A DNA stretch of 64,000 nt, taken from positions 2,784,001 through 2,848,000 of the forward strand of contig OZ250169.1 in assembly GCA_965237955.1 (NCBI GenBank). Reading direction: 5' to 3'. This stretch comes from Candidatus Marinacidobacterales bacterium. Lineage in GTDB: Bacteria > Acidobacteriota > Vicinamibacteria > Marinacidobacterales > SMYC01. A model generated the notes under the pieces. That model ran no database searches and had not been told where the DNA came from. It saw only the letters and a list, made by a program, of their open reading frames with translations. Shown here piece after piece: positions 20,083 to 30,967 of this stretch. The position numbers and the translations under genes are program-made. Position 1 is the stretch's first letter. Each line of letters opens with the position of its first letter.

Positions 20083-21414
20083 GTGGATCGCAGTGAAGTA
20101 ACGGTCGTTGGGGCAGGCCTTGCCGGAGCGGAGGCAGCCTGGCAGATCGCGACCCGCGGAGTTCCGGTGCGGCTGTTCGAGATGCGGCCTACCAAGCCGA
20201 CGCCGGTCCATCGGACTGATCGGTTCGCTGAGCTCGTTTGCAGTAATTCACTTCGCTCCGACCGTCTTTCGAATGCGCATGGCCTTCTCAAAGAAGAGAT
20301 GCGTCGTCTCGGCTCCCTCGTCATGGAGGCCGCCGTCGACGCGCGCGTGCCCGCTGGCCAGGCTCTCGCCGTCGATCGAGACGTTTTCGCGCAGCGGGTC
20401 ACCGACACCATCAAATCCTCGCCGTTGATTCGAGTGGTTCGCGAAGAAGTCGTCGCGATTCCCGAGGACGGGATCGTCGTGCTCGCGACCGGACCGCTGA
20501 CTTCGGAGTCGCTCTCGATCTCGATTCGCGCCTTTACCGGGAGCGAGCATCTTTATTTCTACGATGCGGTCAGCCCGGTCGTCGAGGTCGACACGGTTGA
20601 CTTCAACCAAGCGTTTCGCGCGTCACGGTACGGGAAAGGAGGCGACGACTACATCAACTGCCCGATGAATCGGGAGGAGTACCAGAGCTTCTACGATGCC
20701 CTCATGGCTGCATCGACCATCGATATTCACGAGGTCGACAAAGGTGTCTATTTCGAAGGCTGCCTTCCCATCGAGGTGATGGCGTCGCGGGGCGTCGACA
20801 CGTTGCGCTTCGGACCGATGAAACCCGTCGGGCTCGCCGACCCGAGAACGGGACAAGAGGCTTTCGCCGTCGTGCAGCTCCGGCAAGACAATCTCGCCGC
20901 GACGCTCTATAACATCGTCGGCTTCCAAAACCAGCTCAAGTGGGGCGAGCAAAAGCGCATTCTGAGAATGGTGCCCGGTTTGGAGAATGCAGAGTTCGCT
21001 CGCTTCGGCATGATCCACCGGAACACCTACATCAACGCGCCCAAGGTCCTACACGCGACGTTTCAGACCCGGGGTCGCGACACGTTGTTCTTCGCGGGAC
21101 AAATCTCCGGTGTCGAGGGTTATACCGAGTCGGCAGCGTCGGGGCTCATCGCGGGACGAAATGCCGCGGCGCTCGCGCTCGGCCTACCCCTGACCGAACC
21201 TCCAAAAACCACGGCGCTCGGGGCATTGTGCCACTACATTTCGCACGTCGATGCGGAAGACTACCAGCCCACCAACATCGCGTTCGGCCTCCTTCCTCCT
21301 CTCGACCCACCGGTGCGCAACCGACGAGCAAGGAAAGAAGCCTTGGTCGAGCGCGCCCTTGGAGCCCTCGACGAGTTCATCGCTTCCACTGGCGTTAGCA
21401 CTCGAACCCGCTGA
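20083..21414 (+). CDS. trmFO: Folate/FAD-dependent tRNA (uracil-54) methyltransferase
   Basis: GAGLAGAEAAWQ, AELVCSNS, FEGCLPIE, FGPMKPVGL, HRNTYI, GQISGVEGY. Confidence 0.97.
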   Translation: MDRSEVTVVGAGLAGAEAAWQIATRGVPVRLFEMRPTKPTPVHRTDRFAELVCSNSLRSDRLSNAHGLLKEEMRRLGSLVMEAAVDARVPAGQALAVDRDVFAQRVTDTIKSSPLIRVVREEVVAIPEDGIVVLATGPLTSESLSISIRAFTGSEHLYFYDAVSPVVEVDTVDFNQAFRASRYGKGGDDYINCPMNREEYQSFYDALMAASTIDIHEVDKGVYFEGCLPIEVMASRGVDTLRFGPMKPVGLADPRTGQEAFAVVQLRQDNLAATLYNIVGFQNQLKWGEQKRILRMVPGLENAEFARFGMIHRNTYINAPKVLHATFQTRGRDTLFFAGQISGVEGYTESAASGLIAGRNAAALALGLPLTEPPKTTALGALCHYISHVDAEDYQPTNIAFGLLPPLDPPVRNRRARKEALVERALGALDEFIASTGVSTRTR

Positions 21415-21453
21415 CGCTAGCACCAATACCACTGGCTCAACTCCTTCGCCGCC

Positions 21454-21592
21454 CCCCTGCCCCTGCCCTTGCCCCTGTCCGTCCCCTTCGCAGAGAACCT
21501 CGACCTCGCAAGATCGTCCTCAACGCCGACCGAAGCCGAGGCGAAACTTGGCGTCCTCGGTAGAACGGGAACGGGGACGGACAGGGGCAGGG
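21454..21592. repeat. Inverted hexamer-type repeat (CCCTGC/CCCTGT ... GGGACG/GGCAGG)
   Basis: Visible low-complexity inverted arms downstream of trmFO. Confidence 0.5.
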
Positions 21593-21700
21593 GATCTACT
21601 TCGGGGACTTCCGAGGCTCGTCTCGAGTGTGGTACGCTTTTGGGATGGGAATTACAAAGTATACTTGACGAGCCCTTTCGATCCGTGTCAAAGTTCCCGC

Positions 21701-22921
21701 ATGGCCTCACCCAACTGGGCCAACCAGACCATCTGGACCGGCGATAACCTGCCGATCCTCCGGGGGATGAACTCGGAGTCCGTAGACCTCATCTACCTCG
21801 ACCCCCCGTTCAACTCGAAGGCCAACTACGCGGCGCCCATTGGCTCCAAGGCGGCCGGCGCCGCGTTCAAAGACACCTGGACGCTCTCGGATGTTGACGC
21901 GGAGTGGATCAATCTCATCGAAGCCAAGCACCCAGCACTCTACCGAGTGCTGCTCGCGGCGATGACCAGCAGCGACAAGTCCTACCTCGCGTACATGGCG
22001 GCTCGGCTTCTGGAACTGCGCCGCGTGCTGAAGCCCACGGGAAGCATCTACCTCCACTGCGACCCCACCATGAGCCACTACCTCAAACTCGTCATGGACG
22101 CGGTGTTCGGACGGCGAAACTTCCGAAACGAGATCGTGTGGTGCTACGAAGTCGGTGGAAGGAGCAAGAAACGATTTAGCAGCAAACACGATGCCATCCT
22201 TTTCTACGTTCGTGGCGACGATTCTAAGTTCAATGCGGACGCTGTGCGACTACCACGTCGAAACACACACATGAAAATTGAAACGGACGCGAAGGGGCAA
22301 AAGTGGCAGATCAAGATGGACGCCAAAACCAGAAAAGTCTATCGGTATCCTATAGACGCCGGTGCCTTGTGCCCGGACTGGTGGGCTGGAATTCAACAGC
22401 TTAATCGAAGCGACAAAGAGCGAGTCAGCTACCCGACCCAAAAGCCGCTCAAGCTACTCGACCGGATCATCAGGGCGAGCTCGAACGAGGGCGACGTTGT
22501 GCTCGACCCCTTCGCTGGCTGCGCCACCGCCTGCGTCTCCGCCGAAGCGGGACACCGCGAGTGGGTAGGCATCGACATATCTCCGAAGGCCGCCGAGCTC
22601 GTCCGCCAGCGCATGCGCGACGAGCTAGGCATGTTCTACCAGGGAGCACACCGGACGGACGTGCCGCCCAGAACCGACCTCGGTCGGCTCCCGAAGTACA
22701 GCAGTCCACAGAACCGCAAGCGGCTCTACGGAGAGCAAGGCGGCAACTGCGCGGGCTGCGCCACCCACTTCGAGCCTCGGCACTTCCACGTGGACCACAT
22801 CATCGCCCGAGCCAAAGGTGGGACCGACCACATCGAGAACCTTCAGCTCCTTTGCGGCTCTTGCAATGGGATCAAAAGCGACCGCGGAATGGAGTACTTG
22901 CGGGCAAAGCTCGCACTTTGA
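21701..22921 (+). CDS. Beta-class N4/N6 DNA methyltransferase fused to a C-terminal HNH endonuclease
   Basis: YLDPPFN motif IV, YPTQKP, VLDPFAGCAT motif I; CAGC...HVDHIIA..KGG...NLQLLCGSCNGIK HNH; 406 aa, intact. Confidence 0.9.
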   Translation: MASPNWANQTIWTGDNLPILRGMNSESVDLIYLDPPFNSKANYAAPIGSKAAGAAFKDTWTLSDVDAEWINLIEAKHPALYRVLLAAMTSSDKSYLAYMAARLLELRRVLKPTGSIYLHCDPTMSHYLKLVMDAVFGRRNFRNEIVWCYEVGGRSKKRFSSKHDAILFYVRGDDSKFNADAVRLPRRNTHMKIETDAKGQKWQIKMDAKTRKVYRYPIDAGALCPDWWAGIQQLNRSDKERVSYPTQKPLKLLDRIIRASSNEGDVVLDPFAGCATACVSAEAGHREWVGIDISPKAAELVRQRMRDELGMFYQGAHRTDVPPRTDLGRLPKYSSPQNRKRLYGEQGGNCAGCATHFEPRHFHVDHIIARAKGGTDHIENLQLLCGSCNGIKSDRGMEYLRAKLAL

Positions 22922-23072
22922 CTTGCTGCCTATCCAAAGGATATATTCCACACCCCCCGCTGTGAACGGGACGATTGCGCTTAACATTTGTAGCCCGTTG
23001 GGCCACAATAGGACACAAGGATGGTTTGACGGAAATTGACCTATAATCCATCCCCCACAAGGAGGTGGAGCG

Positions 23073-23581
23073 ATGTCTGATTGGCTGTCCAATCCAGTGA
23101 CCTTACATCTTGGCTCTTGCGGTTGGCACAGCTATCGTTAAGATTCTTTGGTGGATTCGAGATGTCACTCGTGGCGAGAAAGATTTTCGAGCCTTCGTAA
23201 AAGAAATCAAAGACGATATGAAGACCATCCGGGAGCACATCACGGACATTTTCAAGCGGCTCCCTGATCCGGTGATTGCCGGTGCAAGCCCATTTCAGCT
23301 TACTGATCTAGGACGCAAGTTATCGGCGGAACTAGGAGCCGAGGAGTGGGCCCGCTAATCTTGCTCCAAATCTATCTGATGATGTTGCAGGCAAGAAGCC
23401 ATTTCAAATCGATGAGTACGCGGAAAAGTATGTGCGCGACAACCTTTCTGACGAAATGGTAAACTTGGTGGCTGCGTGTGCATACGAAGCTGGCCGGACA
23501 CGCGAAGATGTTCTCCCTGTACTGTGCGTCGTGCTGCGTGACGAACTAATCCGGCTTGGCATATCGGAAGATGACGAGTAA
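23073..23581 (+). pseudogene. Hypothetical membrane-anchored protein with two frameshifts
   Basis: GGAGGT Shine-Dalgarno + MSDWLSNPV; shifts near 23102 and 23356 join to ...SPFQLTDLGRKLSAELGAEEWAR/NLAP...VVLRDELIR. Confidence 0.6.
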
Positions 23582-23836
23582 AACGTGAGCAAGCGACCGG
23601 ACTACGGGAACGCGACGCCGACTTGGCCCGAGGCAGGAGTCGATAATGGGAAGAAAAGCGATGTTAGACCCCAAGCGTGATTTGGCAGGCGCGACGCCGG
23701 AGAGCTTGGCGCGCGCGCTGTGCAGGCCGCTACGACCGCGCCGTGGAGCTGAGGCCGTTGTCTGCGATGAGGTCCCGGTAGAGAAGCCGGTGGCCGACCA
23801 TGCGGGCGACGGTGTCGAGCATCTGGTCGAGGGTAC

Positions 23837-25025
23837 CTAGTCCCATGGAACAGAAAAAGCTAGACAACACCGGCCCTTCTGTGATCTGCTAAATGCATGA
23901 AACACAAGGGCCGGCGAAAAGCCGAATTGAAGCTGTCGTCTCAAGAAAGCGAAGCGCTGACGCGACTGGCGCGACGCAGCCGTAGTTCGCCGCACCAAGC
24001 CTTCCGAGCGAAGATCGTGCTGGATTGCGCGGCGGGTCTGACGAATATGGAAGTTGCTAGGAAGATGCACACCATGAGGAGCACGGTGGGCAAGTGGCGA
24101 AGACGCTTTGTAGAACAACGAATGGAAGGGTTGTACGACGAACCTCGGCCGGGAGCGGCTCGCAAAATCGGCGATGACCAGATCGAGGAAGTCGTGACCA
24201 AGACGCTGGCGACGACTCCAAAGGGGAGAACCCATTGGAGTACGCGCTCGATGGCCAAGCATCTTGGGCTGAGTCATTCGACGATTGGACGTATTTGGCG
24301 AACGTTCGGGCTTCAACCGCACCGCTCGGAATCGTTTCGTCTCTCGCAAGACCCACAACTGGTCGAAAAAGTACGCGACGTTGTTGGCCTGTATATGAAC
24401 CCACCGGATAACGCGGTCGTCCTGTGCGTCGACGAGAAATCGCAGATTCAAGCGCTCGAGCGTGCTCAACCTGTCCTGCCCATGAGCTTGGGCCAGCCCG
24501 AGCGACAAACCCACGACTACATTCGGCATGGAACGACTGACCTGTTTGCCGCACTCGACGCCGCAACAGGTGAAGTCTTCGGAAAGTGCTACGCGCGACA
24601 TCGAGCGCTAGAGTTCAAGAAGTTCCTCGCTGAGATCGAAGCAGCCGTTCCCAGCGAGTTGGACATCCACGTCGTGCTCGACAATCTCGCCACGCACAAG
24701 ACACCGGCGATCAAACGCTGGCTTTCCAAGCGACCTCGGTTCCACTTTCACTTCACACCGACACACGCCTCTTGGCTCAACTTCGCTGAGCGCTTCTTTG
24801 GCTTGCTCACCGAACACGCCTTGCGACGAGGCTCGCACACGAGCGTGCCTCAGCTCCGCGTTGCGATACAAGACTATCTCGATGCTCACAACGAGAACCC
24901 AAAGCCGTTCAAGTGGACGAAATCCGCCGACCAAATCCTCGAAACCATCGCTCGGTTCGCCCAGCGAACGCTCGATACACATGGCAAATCGAATTTGGAC
25001 AGTAATTAAAGATCCAGGGGACTAG
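23837..25025 (+). mobile_element. IS630-family element, coordinates include CTAG at both ends
   Basis: CTAGTCCCATGGA...TCCAGGGGACTAG; removing it with one CTAG restores the IS1595 reading frame. Confidence 0.93.
23897..25009 (+). CDS. IS630 transposase
   Basis: HTH region, [30 protein letters not shown]. Confidence 0.95.
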   Translation: MKHKGRRKAELKLSSQESEALTRLARRSRSSPHQAFRAKIVLDCAAGLTNMEVARKMHTMRSTVGKWRRRFVEQRMEGLYDEPRPGAARKIGDDQIEEVVTKTLATTPKGRTHWSTRSMAKHLGLSHSTIGRIWRTFGLQPHRSESFRLSQDPQLVEKVRDVVGLYMNPPDNAVVLCVDEKSQIQALERAQPVLPMSLGQPERQTHDYIRHGTTDLFAALDAATGEVFGKCYARHRALEFKKFLAEIEAAVPSELDIHVVLDNLATHKTPAIKRWLSKRPRFHFHFTPTHASWLNFAERFFGLLTEHALRRGSHTSVPQLRVAIQDYLDAHNENPKPFKWTKSADQILETIARFAQRTLDTHGKSNLDSN

Positions 25026-25877
25026 GTCGCGGATGTTGTTCTTTGCGACAAACTCGTTGACGTAGCGCTGTAGGTGCTTGGGGCTGAGCTTGTGGAAGAC
25101 GCCCTTATGTGCGCGCTTGAGGGTGGCCCAGAACGATTCGACCCCGTTGATATGAGCTTGCTGGCGCACGTACTCGCCGACTGAGTGCTTGACGGCTTCC
25201 CTGTCCCTCGGTAGCCCATCGTAGGCTGAGGCTTCATCGGTGTAGACCTTCGCGGCCGGGGCCGAATTCTCAATCACGAAGCCTTGGAGGGTAGGCTGGT
25301 CGGTGCTCTCGACCACCTTGGCCCGGACTTGCTTGCTCGTCCGGTCCTTCATGGCGACGACGGCGGTCTTGCCCTTGGTGCCGCGGCCAGTGAGCGCCTT
25401 GCGCTTCGACAGGCTCATGTTGCGGCGCTTGCCTCCGAAGTAGGATTCGTCCACTTCGACGGGGCCGGAGAAGGCCGTCCCACCGTTCGACCCCCACGCT
25501 TCGCGAATGCGGTGCAGCATGAACCACGCGGTGGGCTGTGAAACGCCGATGTCGCGATGCAGCTTCATGCTCGAGACGCTCTTGAGGCTCGTGAGGCAGA
25601 GGTAGATCGCGATGGTCCACTTGCGCAGCGGGACGTTAGAGTTGGCGATCGGAGTGCCAGTCCGCACGCTGAAGTAGCTCCGGCAAAGCCGACACCAGTA
25701 GGGCATCGGCTTTCGGTTCGGCACTTCGCTCGTAGCCAGACTCCCGCAGTGGCTACAGCTGCGCTCGCCGTGCCAAACGGCTTCTTCAAACCACTTGATC
25801 GCCGCCTCTTCGCTGGGGAACATGTCCATAAGTTCAACAACCGTCAGGCCTTCGCGGTCGGCACGCCCTGGGGCTTT

Positions 25878-26768
25878 CGTTTCGTCGGGGCTCTCGCCGT
25901 GGTTGCGCTTCTCGCTCCATCGAGCCTCGAAGCCCAGGGAAAGATTCGAGTGGCGATTTGGGATTTCGAGAACAACGCCGAGCGAAGCTGGTGGTTCTAT
26001 AACGACCTCGGGCCGGCGGCACGCAACAACATCGACACCGCGTTCTCGGAAAGCGACATTCTCTCGTCTCGGTTCAGTGTCATCGAGCGAGAGAAGCTCG
26101 ACCTCGTCCTCCAGGAGCAAGGTCTCTCTACATCGGGAGCACTCGACCAGCAAACCGCCGCAAAAGTCGGACGGATTCTGGGAATCAAGTACATCATTAC
26201 CGGTGGCATCGACAAGTTCGCGATCAACACCACGAAGGGCGGCTTCGGAGGCATCGGAGGCAGCTACACGAAGGCCGAGGCGAAGATCAACTTGAGGCTC
26301 ATCGACACGACGACGGCCGAGCGCGTCGTCGCCGTTTCCGCCAACGGGAACGTCAAGAAAGGCGGCGGTTTCGCGAAGGGCGCGAGCCTCAGCCGTGAGG
26401 ACGAGTGGGGTATCGCCAGCGAAGCCATCGAGAAGGCATCCGAGGAAGTCGTCGCCAAATCCGAAAAACACAAAGGCCTGAAGAAGCTCGCCGCGGGCGG
26501 CGCCATGGGCGGTGCCGAAGGCAAGATCATCAAAGTAGAGGGCAACCGCGCCTGGATCAACATGGGATCGGCGTCCGGCATACAGGTCGGTGATCGATAC
26601 GTGGTGTTCTCCGTTGGCGAAGCGCTCGTGGACCCCGACACTGGACAAGTGCTGGGGGTGGACGAGAGTCAGATCGGCGAAGGTGAAGTGGTCGACGTCA
26701 AGGATCGTTTTTCGATCATGACCTTTACCGGCACGGCGAACGCGAAGGACGTCGTTCGTAAGCAATAG
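25878..26768 (+). CDS. CsgG/HfaB-family exported protein with C-terminal beta domain; native start codon apparently lost
   Basis: Signal-like FVGALAVVALLAPSSLEA-Q, RFSVIEREKLDLVLQEQ, AAKVGRILG, LVDPDTGQVLG. Confidence 0.75.
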   Translation, partial: RFVGALAVVALLAPSSLEAQGKIRVAIWDFENNAERSWWFYNDLGPAARNNIDTAFSESDILSSRFSVIEREKLDLVLQEQGLSTSGALDQQTAAKVGRILGIKYIITGGIDKFAINTTKGGFGGIGGSYTKAEAKINLRLIDTTTAERVVAVSANGNVKKGGGFAKGASLSREDEWGIASEAIEKASEEVVAKSEKHKGLKKLAAGGAMGGAEGKIIKVEGNRAWINMGSASGIQVGDRYVVFSVGEALVDPDTGQVLGVDESQIGEGEVVDVKDRFSIMTFTGTANAKDVVRKQ

Positions 26769-26801
26769 CTGCTGCCATCGGCCATCAGCCGTCGGCCATC
26801 A

Positions 26802-26837
26802 GCCCGCTTTCGCTGTGAGCTTTTAGCGAAGGCGGGC
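26802..26837. terminator. Hairpin between convergent genes
   Basis: GCCCGCTTTCGCT / AGCGAAGGCGGGC stem. Confidence 0.55.
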
Positions 26838-26838
26838 G

Positions 26839-28705
26839 CTACCGACCACGATTGCGATTCCAGTACTCGCGCACGGCGGCCACCAAATCCGACGCAATCA
26901 CGCGCGATTGCTCTCGCAGTTTCTCGCGGCCGAGGCGGGCGTCGAAGGTGATCATCTTGGGGGGCAACACCAGCTCATCGTCGAAGTGTCTTGAGCTCCC
27001 GCTCGCTTCGATCAAATAAGTCCTCACGACGAACGTTGTCCCGAACTGCTCTTCGGTGCGGGCTTCGATCTCCTCGACGTCGAGGCGAACGACTACGTCA
27101 CCACGTGGCGGACGGGCTACCGGAACGCCCTGTTTCCGGCACTCTTTGACGATGGCGAACCTCAACGCTGCGCAGCCATCACGCACGCCTTCACAAGCGA
27201 CTCCAGTGACCGGAATCTCGGGAAGCGGTGGTGGCGACTCAGGCTGGACAGGCTGGACAGGCGGCGGTTGGGAGCGCGTCGCCGTGGAGGACGCTAGCGG
27301 CGGGGCGCTTACCGGTTCGGGCTCCGGAGCTCGAGATGCCGACATCGCCGCCGGGCGCTCGGGCTCGGCCAAAACCTCGGGGTCTTCTTCAATAACTGGT
27401 TCAATAACTGGGGTCTCTGGTGTCTCCGCGGTGGCTGCGGCTGCAGCGGGCTCGGCTTCCTTGGTTTGGCTCCGGTGGCGGCGCGCTCCTTCCTCGTAGC
27501 AAAAAGAGCGCGATGAGCGCCACCGCGACGACGACCAACCCGAAGAGCAAGAAACGAGACGCGTCCGCTTTCGTTTCCGCCGTTCGCACTTCGTGCGCTC
27601 GTACGGTGGCGGTGGCGGACGGCGACGACGGCAAGGGTGGCAACGCGGCCGCCGCCGCGCCGGCCATGGTGGTTTCGCGTCTCGCCTGCGTTGGCTCTGC
27701 AGGTTCGCTAGGCCCAAAGGTTTCCGGAGTGACAGCGATAATAGGTAGGGCCACGTCCCGAGCGGCGGTATCGGGAACGATGTCGAGCGCGCTCATTAGC
27801 TCTTCCGCGCTTTGATAGCGGTTGTCGGGCTCTTTCTCGAGGCAGCGCAACACGACCGCCTCGAGCTCCGCCGGGATTTTCGCGCCCACGGCGTTGGGCG
27901 GTGTAGGCGGTTCGCTGAGATGCTTGTTGAGAATCTGATGTATCGACGTATCGTCGAAAGGCACCCTCCCCACGAGCATTTCGTAGAGGATCACGCCGAG
28001 CGCATAAAGATCGCTTCTCTGATCCGCCGGCTGGCCCTTGGCCTGTTCGGTCGACATGTAATGAGGAGTGCCGAGGACCATCCCCGTCGATGTGAGCGCC
28101 GGGCTCGTCGGCTCGAACGTTTTTGCGATGCCGAAATCGAGAAGCTTGGGGATCTCGTTGCCGTCGCTATCGCACGACACCATGATGTTCTGCGGCTTCA
28201 AATCGCGATGGACTATACTTTTGCGGTGCGCGAGCGCGAGCGCGCTCCCGATCCCTCTGAGCAGCCGCACCGTGCGCTTCGGCTCCCACGCGCCCTCGGA
28301 GACGATCATCTCCTTGAGGCTGCTCCCGTCGACGAGCTCCATCACGATGTAGAGGGTACCGTCGGTGGCTTGTCCCAGGTCGTGCACGGCCACGATGTTC
28401 GGATGGCTCAGGTGGGCCGCCGCGCGCGCTTCGCGCAGAAACCGCTGGACCACGTCGGTCGACGAAACCAGCTCGGGTTTGATGAGCTTGATGGCGACGG
28501 GTTTGTTCAGCATCAAATGGGTGCCGCGATAGACCGCTCCCATTCCGCCTCGTTGGAGAAAACCGTCGATGCGATACTTTCCGTCGAGCGTCTTCCCGAC
28601 CGCTTGCTCCTCGAACGAGACCGTATCGGAAAGAAGCGTCCCGTCGTGGGGACACACCCTTTCACCGGCCGGGAAACGGCGCTCGCACTTTGAACACTGA
28701 CGCAT
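26839..28705 (-). pseudogene. Membrane Ser/Thr kinase with a frameshift just after the TM helix (~27465)
   Basis: GGMGAVY, HRDLKPQN, DFG, GTPHYM; extracellular Pro-rich domain continues in another frame (TKEAEPAAAA...). Confidence 0.8.
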
Positions 28706-28782
28706 AGAACGATGTTAAGTGGCTTCCGCGAATGAATCAACCGGATGGATTTCACGCGCGGCCTGGGCGAGAATGCAGGTGA

Positions 28783-29673
28783 ATGCGCAACGACGTCGAC
28801 GCGTTTTTGGAGGATCTACAACATCGAAGAGGGCTGTCCGCACACACCATCAAGAGCTATCGTTCCGACCTTCTCCAATTCGGTGCGTTCCTCGAAGGGT
28901 CGCTCGGCATCAAGCGGCTCGACAAAGTCGACGTCCTCGCGATCCGGGCGTTTCTCGCCGAGCTTCATCAAAACGGAATCGCTCGCTCGTCGATCGCCCG
29001 CAAGCTTGCTGCCATCCGAACGTTCTTCCGCCACCTCACCAGAGAAGGAAAGCTAGACAAAAACCCAGCTCGCTTGGTGTCGACGCCTCGCCTCGATCAA
29101 AAAATTCCGGCGCGACTCGAACAAAGCGAAGTCGAGCGACTTCTCGAATGCCCGGACCCGACAACGCAGCTAGGACGCCGGGACCGCGCGATGCTCGAGC
29201 TTCTCTACGCCACCGGACTTCGCGTCGGCGAGCTCGTCGCGCTCGACCTCGCACGCGTGGATCTCGAAAACATGCTGGTGCGGGTCGACGGCAAGGGTGG
29301 GAAGGAACGCATCGTACCGTACGGTGAAGTAGCGTCCGAGGCGATACGTCTCTATTCGAACGATCGACTCGAGCTCGTGCGGCTGGGACGAGGCACCGAC
29401 GCTCTCTTCCTCAATGCCCGCGGCGGAAGGCTCACCGCACGAAGCGTCCGGAGACTCCTCGAGCGCTACCTGCGCGACGCCGCCCTGACATCCAGCTTGT
29501 CGCCCCACAGCCTGCGACACGCGTTCGCAACCCATCTGCTCGAACGCGGCTGCGATCTCCGATCCATCCAGGAGCTCCTGGGACACGAGAGCCTATCGAC
29601 CACCCAGAAATACACGAACCTGTCGACGCAGCGCTTACTGGATGTGTACGAGAAGACGCATCCTAAAGCCTAG
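28783..29673 (+). CDS. xerC: Tyrosine recombinase XerC
   Basis: LLYATGLRVGE, GKGGKER, PHSLRHAFATHLL, LLGHESLSTTQKY; downstream of topA-trmFO. Confidence 0.88.
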   Translation: MRNDVDAFLEDLQHRRGLSAHTIKSYRSDLLQFGAFLEGSLGIKRLDKVDVLAIRAFLAELHQNGIARSSIARKLAAIRTFFRHLTREGKLDKNPARLVSTPRLDQKIPARLEQSEVERLLECPDPTTQLGRRDRAMLELLYATGLRVGELVALDLARVDLENMLVRVDGKGGKERIVPYGEVASEAIRLYSNDRLELVRLGRGTDALFLNARGGRLTARSVRRLLERYLRDAALTSSLSPHSLRHAFATHLLERGCDLRSIQELLGHESLSTTQKYTNLSTQRLLDVYEKTHPKA

Positions 29674-29733
29674 GATCGGTGTGGTATACGGTATACCGAA
29701 TTACCTGAATCGCATACTGTGAGGTCAATAGGG

Positions 29734-30963
29734 TCAATAGCGAAGGGCTTCGATGTGCTCGTGCCGGTGGCCGAAAATCCGCTTGAACCTCTCGATGTCC
29801 TCCTTGCTGCCGGTGGCTTTGGCGAGGTTGTCACTGAGCTTCACCGTGCGGGTTCCGCACGCCTCGACCGCCTTGACGACAATCGCGATGGGGTCGATGC
29901 CCATGTCGTTGGTCAAGTTCGTCCCCCAGCCGAAGCTCAACTTGACCCGTCCGTGGAATCGTTCCGATAGCTCCAATATCGTATCGAGCTCCAAGCCGTC
30001 GCTGAAGATCAGGAGCTTCTCCTTCGGATCGATACCGCAGTCTTCGTAGAAACCAACGGCGCGCTCCCCGAACTCGAACGGGTCGCCCGAGTCGTGACGG
30101 AGCCCCTTCCACGCCCGCGCCTGGGATTTTGTCATGTCACGGAAGAAGAACTCGGAGCCATAGGTGTCGGTCACCGCGACCGAGAGACCCCATCCGTAGA
30201 GCTCCCACCAGTCTTTCAATACTCGATTGTGGGATGCGCGGATTCTGTCGTCCGATTCGTTCATGATGCTCGACATCACCATGTTGAGCTCGTGGGCCGA
30301 CGTACCCATGGGCACGAGGCCGTGCAGTAGCGCCGATTCGGTCGCCGACGTGCCGACGAACTGCTCCTGCAGCTCTTCCGCGAGGGTGCGGTCGACGTAG
30401 TGCTACCACTCGCGGCTGAAGCGTCGCCGGGTGCCGAAGTCGACGAACTCGATCTCCGGATGCTCACGCAACACGCGAATCTTGTTTGCGAGTCTCATTT
30501 TGCCTTCGGCGTAGACGAGATCTCTCTCGAACCGGCTGAGCTTCTGCAAGAGACTCCGGTAGTACAACTCGTTGACAAGCGCGAGCGCGATGGTCTCCCA
30601 ATAGATGGCGTGAGACCAGAGTCCTTTGAAGCTCAACCGAAAACTTCCGTCCACTTCCTCGAGCTCGTACTCGGGTAGCTCTAGTCCGCGCAAGAAATCG
30701 AGGTAGTCCTCCGAGAACATGCGATCGCCGTACTCGTTGGTCCCACGAAGATAGTGGAGCTCTGAGTTGTTGAACCGAAGACTGCGGGCGTGGTCGAGCT
30801 CCTCTCTCAGCTCGACGTCGTCCACCACGGAAGCGAGCCGGATTTCGCGGGTGCGATTCGTGAGCGCGTAGGTGACGGGCACGTCCGGGTAGCGAAGAAA
30901 CACCATTTGACCCATCGTGAACTTGTAGAAATCGACATCGAGCAACGATTCGATGATGGGCAT
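29734..30963 (-). pseudogene. pncB: Nicotinate phosphoribosyltransferase with in-frame TAG at 30403-30405
   Basis: SLLDVDFYKFTM, DFGTRRRFSREW*HYVD, GTSAHE, RHDSGDP, FSDGL, VKLSDN; both halves are in the same frame. Confidence 0.9.
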
Positions 30964-30967
30964 GCCG

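Larger units (their letters stand above)
23730..25880 (-). pseudogene. IS1595-family transposase, interrupted by IS630 and missing its first codons
   Basis: Zn ribbon CSHC/CRLC, VEVDESYFGG, YTDE, HINGVESFW, YVNEF; frame resumes after the IS630 as GTLDQM...LLYRDLIADNGLSSTARS*. Confidence 0.9.

Noticed and set aside
21251-21700. 150-aa N-terminal extension of the methyltransferase ORF
   Set aside because: It overlaps trmFO and translates an intergenic repeat (PCPCPCP); the real start is most likely ATG 21701.
23026-23047. Sigma70 promoter TTGACG...TATAAT
   Set aside because: The spacer is only 10 bp; the -10 may be real but the pair is not supportable.
24909-26765. 618-aa minus-strand ORF as a giant transposase
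   Set aside because: It is a chimera: the antisense of the CsgG-like gene plus the IS1595 core plus read-through into IS630.
29675-29710. dif site next to xerC
   Set aside because: GGTATAC..GTATACC is a short palindrome lacking the XerD arm TTATGTTAAAT.
30403-30405. Programmed pyrrolysine or recoding at the pncB TAG
   Set aside because: TAG is used as a normal stop elsewhere (rpsM, rplQ, xerC), no pyl genes are seen, and a simple C-to-T change explains it.
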